Shown here: positions 1 to 11,270 of the stretch, one piece after another
Position numbering within the stretch: position 1 is the first letter of the stretch
How the letters are laid out: each line of letters begins with the position of its first letter
Assembly (NCBI RefSeq): GCF_004010195.1
Contig: NC_057718.1
Span: 38,211,191 to 38,275,190, forward strand
Length of the DNA: 64,000 bases
Source of the DNA: Chiloscyllium plagiosum
Taxonomy: Eukaryota
Direction: 5' to 3'
Position numbers and translations under genes: made by a program
Notes under the pieces: model-generated
Databases searched by the model: none
What the model was told of the DNA's origin: nothing
What the model saw: the letters and a program-made list of their open reading frames with translations, nothing else

Positions 1-633
1 TTGCCTTGAAGCCTACTTTTCCAAGCCACGCATCCTAGGTTGTGCCTCACCGCATCATAATTTCCCTTACCCCAGCTATAACTCTTGCCCTGTCGTCCTC
101 ACTTATCCCTCTCCATCACGAGTGTAAAAATCACCGTATTATGGTCACTATCCCCAAAGTGCTCACCTACCTCTAATTCTAACACCTGGCCTGGTTCGTT
201 ACCCAGAACCAAATCCAGTATGGCCTCACCTCTTGTTGGCCTGTCTACATATTGTGTCAGGAAACTCTCCTGCACACATTGAACAAACACTGACCCATCT
301 AACGAACTTGAGCTATAGCTTTCCCAATCAATATCAGGAAAGTTAAAGTCCCCCATAACAACCACCCTATTACTGTCACTCATCTCCTGAATCAGCTTCC
401 CTATCCTTTCTTCAATGATTCTAGGACTATTAGGAGGCCTGTAAAAGGCTCCTAACAGGGTGACCTCACCTTTCCTATTCCTAACCTCAGCCCAAACTAC
501 CTCAGATGGCAAGTCCTCATCCATCGTCCTTTCCACCACTGTAATACTATCTTTGACAAGCAATGCCACACCTCCCCCTCTTTTACCACCACCTCTGACC
601 CTACTAAAATATTTAAATCCTGGAACCTGAGCA
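1..633 (-). mobile_element. CR1-clade LINE ORF2, AP-endonuclease region; young copy, 5'-truncated, runs off the window edge
   Basis: ORF 99..689(-) contains RGGGVALLVK, GAFYRPPNS, VVMGDFNFPDIDW, LDLVLGN, HFGDSDHN (APE motifs). The frame continues past a premature TGA at 99-101. Confidence 0.95.
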
Positions 634-639
634 TTTAGA

Positions 640-1280
640 ATAGTGGGGGTGACTTGACTGAAATCTGTAAGATCCTGACTGACTGACAAAGTGTTTTATG
701 AAAGTATATGCCCTCTCGTGGGTGATTCTGGAACAGGGTGGGGGAGAGCGTGGTCAATATTTTAAAATTTAGCGTTGACCATCTTAGCAGAAACACGAGA
801 AGAAATTTCTTTTTTCCAGAGGCGTGAATGATTTTGGACCACGTGTCCTTAGAAGGCAGTGGAAGTGGAGCCATTACATTTTACATTACATTACATTACA
901 TTACAGTGTGGAAACAGGCCCTTCGGCCCAACAAGTCCACACCGACCCGCCAAAGCGAAACCCACCCACACCCCTACATTTACCCCTTACCTAACACTAC
1001 GGGCAATTTAGCATGGCCAATTCACCTGACCCTGCACATCTTTGGACTGTGGGAGGAAACCGGATCACCCGGAGGAAACCCACGCAGACACGGGGAGAAC
1101 GTGTAAATTCCACACAGTCCGTCGCCTGAGGCAGGAATTGAACCCAGGTCTCAGGCGCTGTGAGGCAGCAGTGCTAACCACTGTGCCACCGTGCCGCCAT
1201 TGAATATTTTTGAGCAGATGTAGATTCTTGTTAGGCAAGGGACTTAGAGGGTGTTTATGGGATCTGAGCATTGATAACAA
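640..1280 (+). mobile_element. Old CR1 3'-end fragment interrupted by a SINE
   Basis: 'gagaagaaatttcttttttccagaggcgtgaatgattttgga...gaaggcagtggaagtggagccatt|gaatatttttgagcagatgtagattcttg' resembles the CR1 ORF2 C-terminus and 3'UTR. Confidence 0.6.
876..1198 (-). mobile_element. Young tRNA-derived HE1-type SINE with (TGTAA)n tail
   Basis: Minus strand starts ggcggcacggtggcacagtggttagcactgctgcc (A box) and has ggttcaattcc (B box) plus a CR1-like tail. TSD gccatt at 870-875 and 1196-1201. Confidence 0.95.
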
Positions 1281-1289
1281 AAAGGCCAG

Positions 1290-1720
1290 AATTTACTGCT
1301 TGTTCCGGGTTGACTTTGAGAAGGTGGTCGTGAGCAGGACCTTGAATGCTTGTAGTCCATGTGGTGCTGTTTGGTTCAGATTTCAAAGATTTTGAGACCA
1401 TGAGAATAAATGAATACTGATGCACTTCCAATTTAAGATGCTGTAACACTTGCAGGGGTGCATGCAGTTGGTGTTTCCATGTATCTGCTGTCTTTGTTGT
1501 TTTCTTGGTGGTTGCATGTATGAAACTTGCTACAATGGGAGCCTTGTTGAGTTGCTGCATTGCATCTTGTAGCTGGTATGTGTTGCTGCCGCTGTCTGCA
1601 GGTGGTGGAAGGAGTGAATGTTGAAGGTGATGGATAGATGATCCATCAAGCAGCCTGCAATGTTCTGCATTCATCAAACCTGTTGAGCTTTTGTGGAGCT
1701 GTACTCATCCAAGCATGTGG
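1290..1720 (-). mobile_element. Old CR1/L2-group LINE 3' fragment
   Basis: Colinear with the copy at 52690-53200 (ggtgtttccatgtatctgctg; tgcatcttgtagctggta; actcatccaagca). Minus ORF contains SIHHLQHSLL. Confidence 0.7.
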
Positions 1721-3189
1721 TTTCAAATTAGTCATTTTGTAATGAATGTTAAACGCAGATCTTCCCCAAACTACACCGACTTATGGAAATTTTCACTAAA
1801 CTTTCACAACGATCAAACTGAGATCTTAAGAAAAACATCTGCTACCTTGGCTCATTGTTGAATTTTGAAATGGTGATAAGCATGGGGCAATGATTCTCCT
1901 TTTGGTTCATGTATTGAATTTAATAAAGCTTTGCTTTAATCCACTTTGTGAAATATCTGTGCCCTGTTTTGTTAAATTTACATTTGCCCTGTGTTCCTGT
2001 CCATTATCCCTGTATTGTGTCTCAGTTAGTATGTCAGCATATCTTCTTAAGAGAGATACTCATAATATCATCAGTACTGTAGCATGTGACCTGAGGGGTT
2101 AAAGATTTCAGGTTCCATTTTAACATTGGTTACTTGAAGCTTGATACACTGATGGAAGTAAACTACTCTTAAAATAGTTTAATGTTAGTCCAGGCATTGA
2201 AGTGCCTGTCAATGTAATAAATATCTTGGATCTTTGAATACCACATTACCTGGTTCTAGTTTCATATGTTACAGGGGGTAGCATAAGCATTGCCAAATCA
2301 GATAAAGGTACCCTGCTAGAGGCAAAACGCGTATTATGGTTTACGCCGGTGGCCACCTATAGAAAGAATAAAATCTCTCTCAATATTTGGAAAACTCATT
2401 GAAGATCAATTAGACAGTGGCAGTGAACATCAAATTATTTGGAAATTCAGCAGCATCAACACTGAGGAGAGAACTGTCGGTGACAAAGCCAGAGGATACA
2501 ACTAATTTCCTTCTGTTTAAAACCTCAGCAGATTCAAGTTAGAACACTTGTCTCTTTTGGGGGAGAAAAAACATGCCTGAGTGCCTGCAGTTCTGCTTTA
2601 GAAAAACGTCCAAGACTTTCTGTAACATAGCTCTAATGCTCTCCTTAAAGGAAATCAACTTGGGGGGAAAAAACAGTATTGTTTTCTACACGGAGAAGGC
2701 TTAGCTTTGTTCAAAGTTTGTTTTATTTTATCATATTCTTCAAATTGAATAGCAAGTAGAGGGACTGCCTTATGATGTCATCATTCCTTATTTGGTGTGA
2801 ATGCCATCTCGTGTTTCCAATCTATAACTACAAGTATACAATTTTGACTGACAAGGCTATACTTCAAACTGCATCCTTCAAGGTCAGAAAGGAGCAGTAG
2901 TAGTGAAAAAAAATGAAAAAAGAAGTAGAAAAAAACAAAAATGACCAGAGCAGCAAAGCCAGTGAGAGGAGTTAACAAACACTCTACTGTGCTCTTTTGT
3001 TAAAAAAAAAACCCTTGTTGATGGAAAGCTGATAAGATCTTTACTAAACTCCAATTTTTTTAAGCATTGTATGCAGGTCTATTTTAGTGCAGCCAACATT
3101 ATTAGTATGATCAGCAACTTGTTATTCCTACCCAAAAGCTGTCTCTGTGTTTTTAATATCTGTAAAGCACGTGGCAGAAAAAAATCTGC

Positions 3190-3424
3190 TTCCAAAAACC
3201 AAACCACATCTCAGAGCAAAACCCAAGACTGTACAAGATTGGTAGCAAGGACAGTATTGAGAAGGAACACAAACACAAATAAATGAGCATGGTTTCAGAG
3301 ACCCAACAAGCAAAAGGCAAATTTCATACCATGACCAAACTTTTCATCTTTTGAATCTCTCATATTATGTTGATGGTATAATGCGATCAGAAACTTTGAC
3401 GTACAATAACGTCTTTATGTTCCA
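3190..3424 (-). mobile_element. LTR U3 fragment (same subfamily as 7136-7556)
   Basis: Reverse complement of 7138-7358, e.g. gagacccaacaagcaaaaggcaaatttcataccatgaccaaacttttc. Confidence 0.85.
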
Positions 3425-3506
3425 TGAAAACTAAAATCAATGCACGAGCTAATGCCAATGTATTAACACTACACATCCTAAGAGACCTGGATGGACCTCA
3501 GGAAGT

Positions 3507-3826
3507 GGGCGGCACGGTGGCACAGTGGTTAGCACTGCTGCCTCACAGCGCCAGAGACCCGGGTTCAATTCCCGACTCAGGCGACTGACTGTGTGGAGTT
3601 TGCACACTCTCCCCGTGTCTGCGTGGGTTTCCTCCGGGTGCTCCGGTTTCCTCCCACAGTCCAAAGGATGTGCGGGTCAGGTGAATTGGCCATGCTAAAT
3701 TGCCCATAGTGTTAGGTTAAAGGGGTAAATGTAGGGGTATGGGTGGGTTTCGCTTCGGCGGGTCGGTGTGGACTTGTTGGGCCGAAGGGCCTGTTTCCAC
3801 ACTGTAAGTAATCTAATCTAATCTAA
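3507..3826 (+). mobile_element. Young full-length HE1-type SINE
   Basis: A box tggcacagtgg, B box ggttcaattcc, (TAATC)n tail. TSD aagtgg at 3503-3508 and 3825-3830. Confidence 0.96.
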
Positions 3827-4929
3827 GTGGTGCTGTTTGATTCAATGTTGTTTTGTAGCATATAGTAAATTGTCAATTTCATTGGCAGAATCTTGCTGTT
3901 AGAGCCAATGCACAAGCACATCTTCACTTGCAGAAAATTTCTCTCTGATACATATGGCAGTCAGGTAGTTGCAGGATTACCAGTGTATACAAACCTTTGT
4001 GCAGTCACAATTCATGAGATTCATGAGACACTGTGGTGTAACAGACTATATGTAATGCAGTGGAATATTTAAGTTGATGTCTTTCATTTTAATCAGAGCC
4101 AGTGCAATCAACAAAGGCAAGGGATTAGCAACAAGAGTTGCAAAAACAAACTCATTTTCCAAGGTGCTCTCACAGTGTTAAAAATGTAAATGAGGATGTT
4201 TGTTTGTCTTGACTAAATTCGGAGTTCACCTCCTGGAACACCAAGTCATTTCAAGGACCAACAAGTCCTAATATCAAAAGTATGATGCCAGGGTACCATG
4301 TCCATATTATACAAGGTACACGTGCTTATTGTACGCATAAGACATACAACATGTGAATCAGATGTTTAGTGATTTGTAATTGATTATTGCTTCCAAACAT
4401 ACTAACTCCAGCAATGGAGGGAATTGTCCCATCTGCTCCTTGGTCGAATGTAGCAACAGACTTATTCACAGTGGCTAGGGGAAAGATTGCGTCCTTGTGA
4501 CTGGTTACTTCTTTCAATTTCCCATTTTTTAATGACTTAGCAACAAGACAGTTGCAGCCATTACTAACATGATGTGGTGGTGTCGGTCAGTTGAATGTCC
4601 CGGTGCGTAATAATGTACCATATTATACTTGCAAACTGTTTCAAAACCTATTCGAAATGGGCAATGACATCACATGGTCACTTCAGGATGCACACTCAGA
4701 CGGTCGAACGGCATGTATGCTATGTCATATAAAATGAGGTCAGGTCTCAGGTAACAAAACAACATTTTCACAGTGCATTGCTATATTTTTGTGAAGTTGT
4801 GGAGAGGGGGTCACCAGTTCCGATAAAAATTGTGCTCGGAAGGCAAGTGTAAATGGACTTGTTCAGCAAGTAATTGTCAACCATTCCAAGACACAGAACA
4901 ATATTCAAAGAGGAGGAAAAATAAGAGAC

Positions 4930-5263
4930 ACTAGCATGGTTAGCATTGCTGCCTCTCAGCGCCAGGGATCCAGGTTCAACCCTACCCTCGGGCAACTGTC
5001 TCTGTGGAGTTTATACATTCTCCCTGTGTCTGCATGGGTTTCCTCTGGGTTCTCCAGATTCCTCCTACAGTCCAAAGACGTGCAGGTTAGCTGGATTAGA
5101 CATGTTAAATTGCTCATAGTGTCAAGAGATGTGCGGGCTGGGTGTATTAGGCAACGGAACTGTAGGGTTACAGGGAGAAAGGGTGGGGTCTGGGTGGGAT
5201 ACCCTTCGGATGGTTGGTGTGGACCGAATAGTATGCTTCCACACTGTGGAGATTCTATGATTC
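4930..5263 (+). mobile_element. Older HE1-type SINE
   Basis: tggttagcattgctgcctctcagcgccagggatccaggttcaa..., central tgtctgcatgggtttcctc domain, gattctatgattc tail. Confidence 0.9.
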
Positions 5264-6289
5264 AGTTGGAGAGCTGTCAAAATATTGGACTGGGCAGAGC
5301 GTGCATTAATTAACTCAAATGTTTGGATACCAGGTAACATTTCTGAAGTATGCACCTCGCTGAGACCAATGTATGGTGTGTCAAGCATGCATGAAGAGAG
5401 TGCTTGTTTGTGCAATGATGTTGAATGCAAGGTTGCAGGTGAGATCAACTGAGAACAGTATATATTTCTCTAAGAAGGTGACTGTAGTGATGAGATCAGG
5501 CTGAGTTGTCAAACCTCCTGAGTGATAACTTGTTGTTTTGCTTGTCAATTGTATAATCTCTGTTTTTACCTGTTTTTTATAATGAATGAATTGACATGAT
5601 GTCTCTGTGTACAATCATATTTATTTGGGGTAATTCTTTATCTTTGGGGCAAGAAAGGGGGATATTGTGCTATCTCTCTCAGTATTTTAGTATACATTTA
5701 AGAGGCCAATAGGTACATGATTTCATCACTTTTACAATTGGATATGAGCTGAGGGTATAACAGCCTTTAGCTTCATTTTAACTTTAGCCATTTGAAGCAT
5801 GATATGCTAATGGAAGCCCGCTACTCTTTTTAACCAAATAGCTTAATGTTCACCCACATGCAGATGTGCTTGTGAATGGAATACAGTGATTGTATATATC
5901 AGTGAGCTGTAACAAACATCTCTGATCAATACCACTTTACAGTCCCTATATCCTTGTTTCTTAAGTTATGAGGGATAATAAGGATAGTCATATTTATATT
6001 TAAAAAATACTCTGCTGGGAAATGCATCACTTATCACTGTTGTTTGTGATTTATTTTTGAAGTGGTCCAATAAGCTTTATTTTGGGAAAGACTTTTTAGA
6101 ATGAGTTGAATGGTTTTATATGGAATGCTTTACATGCAATAAATGGATTTTATGTCATAACAATTTAAATTTATATAGGTTTTGTCTCTTGAAAGTGAAT
6201 GTTGTGACAAGGTGTATTCAGCCTGTTCATTAACATGCTGTCAATTCAGCATGATTTTATTTTAGCAGTAAAAAATTGTTCTTGTATTC

Positions 6290-6700
6290 TGCCTTTAAAG
6301 TAACAAATGTCCTATGACACTTCACAGAGGCATTACAATGCAAAATATGACAGTAAATTACAACTCAGCATTGAGGCAGAGGTCTAAAGTCTTGGCTGTT
6401 GAGATAGGTTTTAAGGTATTGCAATAGTTAAATCTGGAGGTAACTAATGTATGAGAATTGCAGCAGCAGAAGAGCTGAGGCAGTGATAGAGTCATCATTT
6501 TATAGAATTGGAAATCAGCTTTTCTGCAGATTTGTGGTTTAAAACTCGAATCAGGGTCAAGTACGCCATGTAGGTTGTTCAGCCTCAGGCATTTGTCAGA
6601 TGGAAGGATTTAATCAGTGACCAGGGATGGAGTTTGGAGTATGAACCGAAAAGGTATGGCTTCAGTCTTCACAAAGAAAATTTCTAATCGTCAGAATTAT
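6290..6700 (-). mobile_element. Very old L2-like LINE 3' remnant
   Basis: acttcacagagg...aaagtcttggctgttgagataggttttaagg resembles similar stretches at 13760-14100 and 36290-36900. Confidence 0.45.
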
Positions 6701-6739
6701 CTGCTTAATAGTATCAGGGCACAGTAGTGATCAGTGGAT

Positions 6740-7135
6740 ATTTTTCTGGCTGGACAGAGTTCAGGAGTAGAGTTCCCCAGGGGCTGGTATTGGGACTGTA
6801 CTTTATTATATCTTAATGATCTAGATCTTGCTATGGAGGGGAAGATTCCAAAGTTTGCGGATCGTACAAAATTTTGAAGCATTGTAAGTTGTGAACAAAA
6901 CAGGGTAGAAATTCAAAAGGACATAGACAAGTTTTTGGAGTGGGTGGCTAGGTAGCAGATGAAGCTCAGTGTAGAGAAGTGAAGTCCTGCATATTAGTTG
7001 GAAGAACATGAGCAGACAATACAACAATAGAGGATACAGTACAGAAGGTGCAGAGGGACGTGCTTGTAAATTTGCACAGATTGCTGAAGTGGCAGGACAG
7101 ATGGGGAGAACAGTTAATAAAGCAGACAGTTCCCA
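6740..7135 (+). mobile_element. Decayed CR1 RT fragment
   Basis: gagttccccaggggctggtattggga (GVPQG-VLG) and ccaaagtttgcggatcgtacaaaa (SKFADDTK-like). Confidence 0.8.
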
Positions 7136-7556
7136 TAACGGAACATAAAGATGTTAGTGCATGTCAAAGTTTCTGATCGCAATACACTATAAACATAATA
7201 TGAGAGATTCAAAAGAAGAAAAGTTTGGTCATGGTATGAAATTTGCCTTTTGCTTGTTGGGTCTCTGAACCCTTGCTCATTTATTTGTGTTTGTGTTCCT
7301 TCTTGATACTGTCCTTGCTGCCAATCTTGTGTTTTGCTCTGAGATGTGGCTTGGTTTTATCTGGATGCTCCTCCCTGTAAAATTGTTACATAGTTCGTTG
7401 AGAAATTGATGTTCCAGAGAAGATTGTGAACTCGTGTCTCTGTGCACATGGGCAATCGTTCTTTCTCCCTCTCGGGCCCGGATTAAAGATGAAGGAGATA
7501 AAACTACACTGTGTCTGTGAGCATTTTGTTTCGACTGAGGGGGGAACGGGGCGACA
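7136..7556 (+). mobile_element. Solitary ERV-like LTR
   Basis: Ends gggggaacggggcgaca. Positions 7358-7556 are homologous to the R/U5 side of both LTRs of the provirus at 41688-45291, with ATTAAA where the provirus has AATAAA. No clean TSD. Confidence 0.85.
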
Positions 7557-8873
7557 AACTCTGCTTTATTTCTGCGAATGCTGCCAGAACTGCTAAATTT
7601 TTCCAGCAATTAAATGTTTAAAATTGCGCTGTCTGCGCAAAAGGTTGATAAGGCAACTGACTGAGGGATAGTTAACAATAAATCACCTGAAACCTGAATA
7701 GAGCCTTAATAGGTGTTGATTACTGTTGAAGCTTAACTTATGTGGGTCATTTCTGCCTGTTGAAAGCACGTGACCCATAAACTTTGCACAACCAGGAAGG
7801 AGAGATCGCATCCAGAGTGAGACAGAACCTGAGTAAATATATATAGTTTGGGCAATATGGGAGCAACGTGGGAATTCGGGGCAGAGGGGAAGAGGTGCTT
7901 TTTGCTTTTTTTGTAATGTTTGTTTTAAACAGGATAAATTTGAGGCCCAGTTCAAAAGAGTGACATCACGGGGAACATGTAAATTCATTGGTAATGACAA
8001 CTACTAATTTGATTATCTATTATAGGTTACATTCTGATTGAAGGTAAATAGGGTAAATACTTATATGCTACAAACTAAATGACCAGTTTGAAATTTTTAA
8101 AAATCCAATTACGAAATAAGTAATTAAAATAAAATTGCAGGACCAGGCAATGTGTTGTAACTACATGATGTGGGGGCTGGTGGACCCCATTGTGGTGCAT
8201 AGTGACCACATCTGTAGGAAGTATTGGTTACTTGAGGAACTCTACCTCAGAGTTGACATGCTTTGAACACTGTGCCATGTCAGGGAGGGGGACGGTTACC
8301 TGGTGCTGTGTTTTGGGAGGCAGACACATCCTGTGATTAATGACCTTGTGTCTTGTCAGTGGTCAGGAACAGGAGGGTGTGACTATGAGTGAGGCAGTTG
8401 GAGGGATCCAGGGGATAGTGCTGAAGGAGCCTCGGCCCTTGAGCTAGTCTAATAGGTTTGAAATTCTTGCTCAGTGTGTGGATGAGAGCGGATGCTACAG
8501 GGCGGATGAGTAAACTGACCAAAGCACCATGGCACATAACTATTCAAGAAGGGGAGAAAAGAAAAATGTCGCTGTAATTGAGGATATTGTAGTCAGGAGA
8601 ATGGTCACTATTCTCTGTGGCCAGGACTGTGAGTGCTGAAGAGTATGTGACCTGCCTGGTGCCCGGCTTCAAGTTATCTCATCTGGGCTACAGAGGAAAT
8701 TGGAATAGGAGGGAAAAAAATCCAGTTGCCGTGGTCCACATAGGTACCAGTGGCATAGGAGAAACTGGTTCTGCTGAGGTGATCTGAGCAGCTAGGGACT
8801 AAATTTAAGATGTAGACCATAAGGGTGGTAATCTCTGAATTACTACCTGAGTCATGAGCTAATTGGCACAGGG

Positions 8874-9500
8874 TATTATGGACTAGGCCAGACCACTGAA
8901 AACATTCTTCAGCAGGCAGCCCAGACCATAACGTTGCAACTTGTTTTGGTAAGTGTACAATGAAAATTACCCGGAGTACGTTAGCTAGGTTGACTACCAG
9001 GTTTTAAAACAGACAAACGTTTATTCACAAAATTGCACAATGAATCAAAGAACAGAATAATGAACCCTTACAGAACCCAGTCTATCCAAACTAGACTTAA
9101 TTGTGCTGTTCAGAGTATACACAACAATCCCAATAAGCAAACCCCTTGAAAAAAACAGTACAAATGGAACAAATGCTTTCAGGTTGAAGAAGGGCAGAAG
9201 GAGAGAGGTTTTTGCAGCCTGTCCTCTCACAGCTGAACTTTTAACTAGTTATGGACTGAAGTGCTCAGCTAGAGAAGTGACCACTCCCCTTTCATTATAC
9301 AGGTCACTTCTAAAACATGACCATGTTGGCCTAAAGTCTCATCTGTTTACATATAAGCAAAAGGCCTCTCAAAATCCTTTTTCATCTCTGTACCAAACTC
9401 AGAACCGGAAGCTGTTTATGACTCCACTGAAAAGAATCAAGGACACGGTATCCTTGAGACAAGGAACAGCTTTTAGGAAAAAGGGGCCAGCTTTGTGACA
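8874..9500 (-). mobile_element. Solo LTR (probably Gypsy-type), 627 bp
   Basis: Termini tattat...gtgaca (decayed TG...CA) with a perfect 5-bp TSD caggg at 8869-8873 and 9501-9505. It interrupts CR1 ORF1. tttatt near 9020 gives AATAAA on the minus strand. Confidence 0.85.
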
Positions 9501-9525
9501 CAGGGTCAGCAAGATCAAAGAGATA

Positions 9526-11270
9526 GAGTTGTGCAGCATGGCCCTTTGGCCCAAACATCCCCATGCCGACCAAAATGTCCCTCCACGCTAACCCCATTTC
9601 CCTGCAATTGGCATATATTCTTCTCATCCTTTCATATCCATGTATTTGCCCAAATGCCTTTTAAATGTTGTTAATGCAGCAGCTTCAACTACTGCTGGTA
9701 GCTTGTACTATATGCCTACCACTCTCTGTGTTTTAAAAAGAAAAGTTGCCCTTCAGGTTCCCTTTTCTTCTTTCCCCTCTAATCTTAAACTGATGCTCTC
9801 TAGTCCTTGATTCCCCAACCCTGGGAAAAAGACTGAATTCATTCACCCTATCCATGCCTCTCATGATCATATGCACCTCCATAAGATCCCCCCTCAGTCT
9901 CCTACGCTCTAAAGAAAAATGCCCTAGCTTGTCCAGTGTCTCTGTATAATTCAGACCATTAGGTCCAGGCAACATCCTTGGAAATTTCTTCTGCACTGTT
10001 CACAGTTTAATAACATCTTTCTTATAATGAGGCAACCAAAACTGAGCACAATGCTCCAAGTGCGGCCTCGCGAACGTTCTGTCCAACTGCAACATAACTT
10101 TCCAACTTCTGTATTCAGTGCCCTGACTGATGAAGGCCAGTGTGCCAAAAGCCACCTTCACTGCCCTGTCTACCTGTGACTCCACTTTCAGAGAACTGTG
10201 AACCTGAATTCAAAGATCCCTCTGCTCTACTACACTCATTAAGGTCCTACCTTTCACCATGAAACTCCTATTTTGATTTAACTTTCCAAAATGCATACCT
10301 CATGTTTATGTATACTATCCTCCAATTGCCATTTCTCGGCCCACTTTCCCAGGACCTGATCAAGGTCCTGCTGCAGTTTCTGCTTCCTCACTGTCTACAA
10401 TATTGCCTATTTTAGTGTCAGCTGCAAACTTACTAATCATGCCTTGTACATTCTCATCCAAGTCATTGATAGAGATAACAAACAATAATGGGCCCACACT
10501 GACCCCTGAGGCACTCCACTCCACAGGCCTCCAGTCTGTCAAGCATTCTTCCATGTTACTGTCTGCTTCCTACCATTCCTGATGAAGGGCTTTTGCCCGA
10601 AATGTTGATTCTCCTGCTCCTCAGATGCTGCCTGACATGCTGTGCTTCTCCAGCACTACACTATCGCCTTCCTACCATCATGCCAATTTTAAAACCAATT
10701 TACCAGCTCGCCCTGGATTCCATGTGATCTAAGCTTCCAGAGTAGCCTACCATGTGGAACCTTATTGAAGGCCTTACTGAAATTCAAAAAGAGTACATCC
10801 ACTGCCCTACACTCATCAACCTTCCTGGTCACTTCATCAAGTAACTCTTAACAAATTTGTGAGGCATGATCTCCCACTCACAAAGCCATGCTGCCTACTC
10901 CTAATCAAACCTTGTCTTTCTAAACGAATGTATTTTTTATCTCTCAGAATCTTCTCAAGTAACTTGTCCACCTCCGATGTTAAGCTGACTGGTCTATAGT
11001 TCCCAGGCTTTTCTTTGCAGCCCTTCTTGAATAAGGGCACAACATTTGCTACCCTCTAGTCTTCTGGCACCTCACCTGTGGCTAACAATAATGCAGAAAT
11101 ATCAGCAGGGCCCCTGCAATTTCTTGTCTAGACTCTTGCAGTGTTCTAGGATATATCTGGTCAGGGCCAGAAGATTTGTCCACCTTCATACATTCTAATA
11201 CATCCGACCCCACCTCTACTGTCATATGGACTGTCCCCAAGATATCACCATTAACTTCTCCAAGTTCCCA
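9526..11270 (-). mobile_element. 5'-truncated CR1 LINE (RT to 3' end), frameshifted
   Basis: Minus ORFs PLFKKGCKEKPGNYRPVSLTS, GMISKFAADTKIG, RPHLEHCAQFWLPH, LERRRLRGDL. TSD agata at 9521-9525 and 11271-11275. Confidence 0.93.
10577..10667 (+). mobile_element. Penelope-derived short insertion with decayed minimal hammerhead core
   Basis: ctgatga-a-gggc-tttt-gccc-gaaa-tg-tt. 11-bp TSD cttcctaccat at 10566-10576 and 10668-10678. Confidence 0.8.

Noticed and set aside
3507..3580. tRNA-like A/B boxes at SINE heads (also 1125-1198, 14960, 49570-49641, 57260)
   Set aside because: They are SINE heads continuing into SINE body and tail, not stand-alone tRNA genes.
4570..4760. CpG-retaining stretch with TATAAAA followed by cag|gtaaca
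   Set aside because: The TATA-to-donor distance is too short for a first exon and there is no other support.
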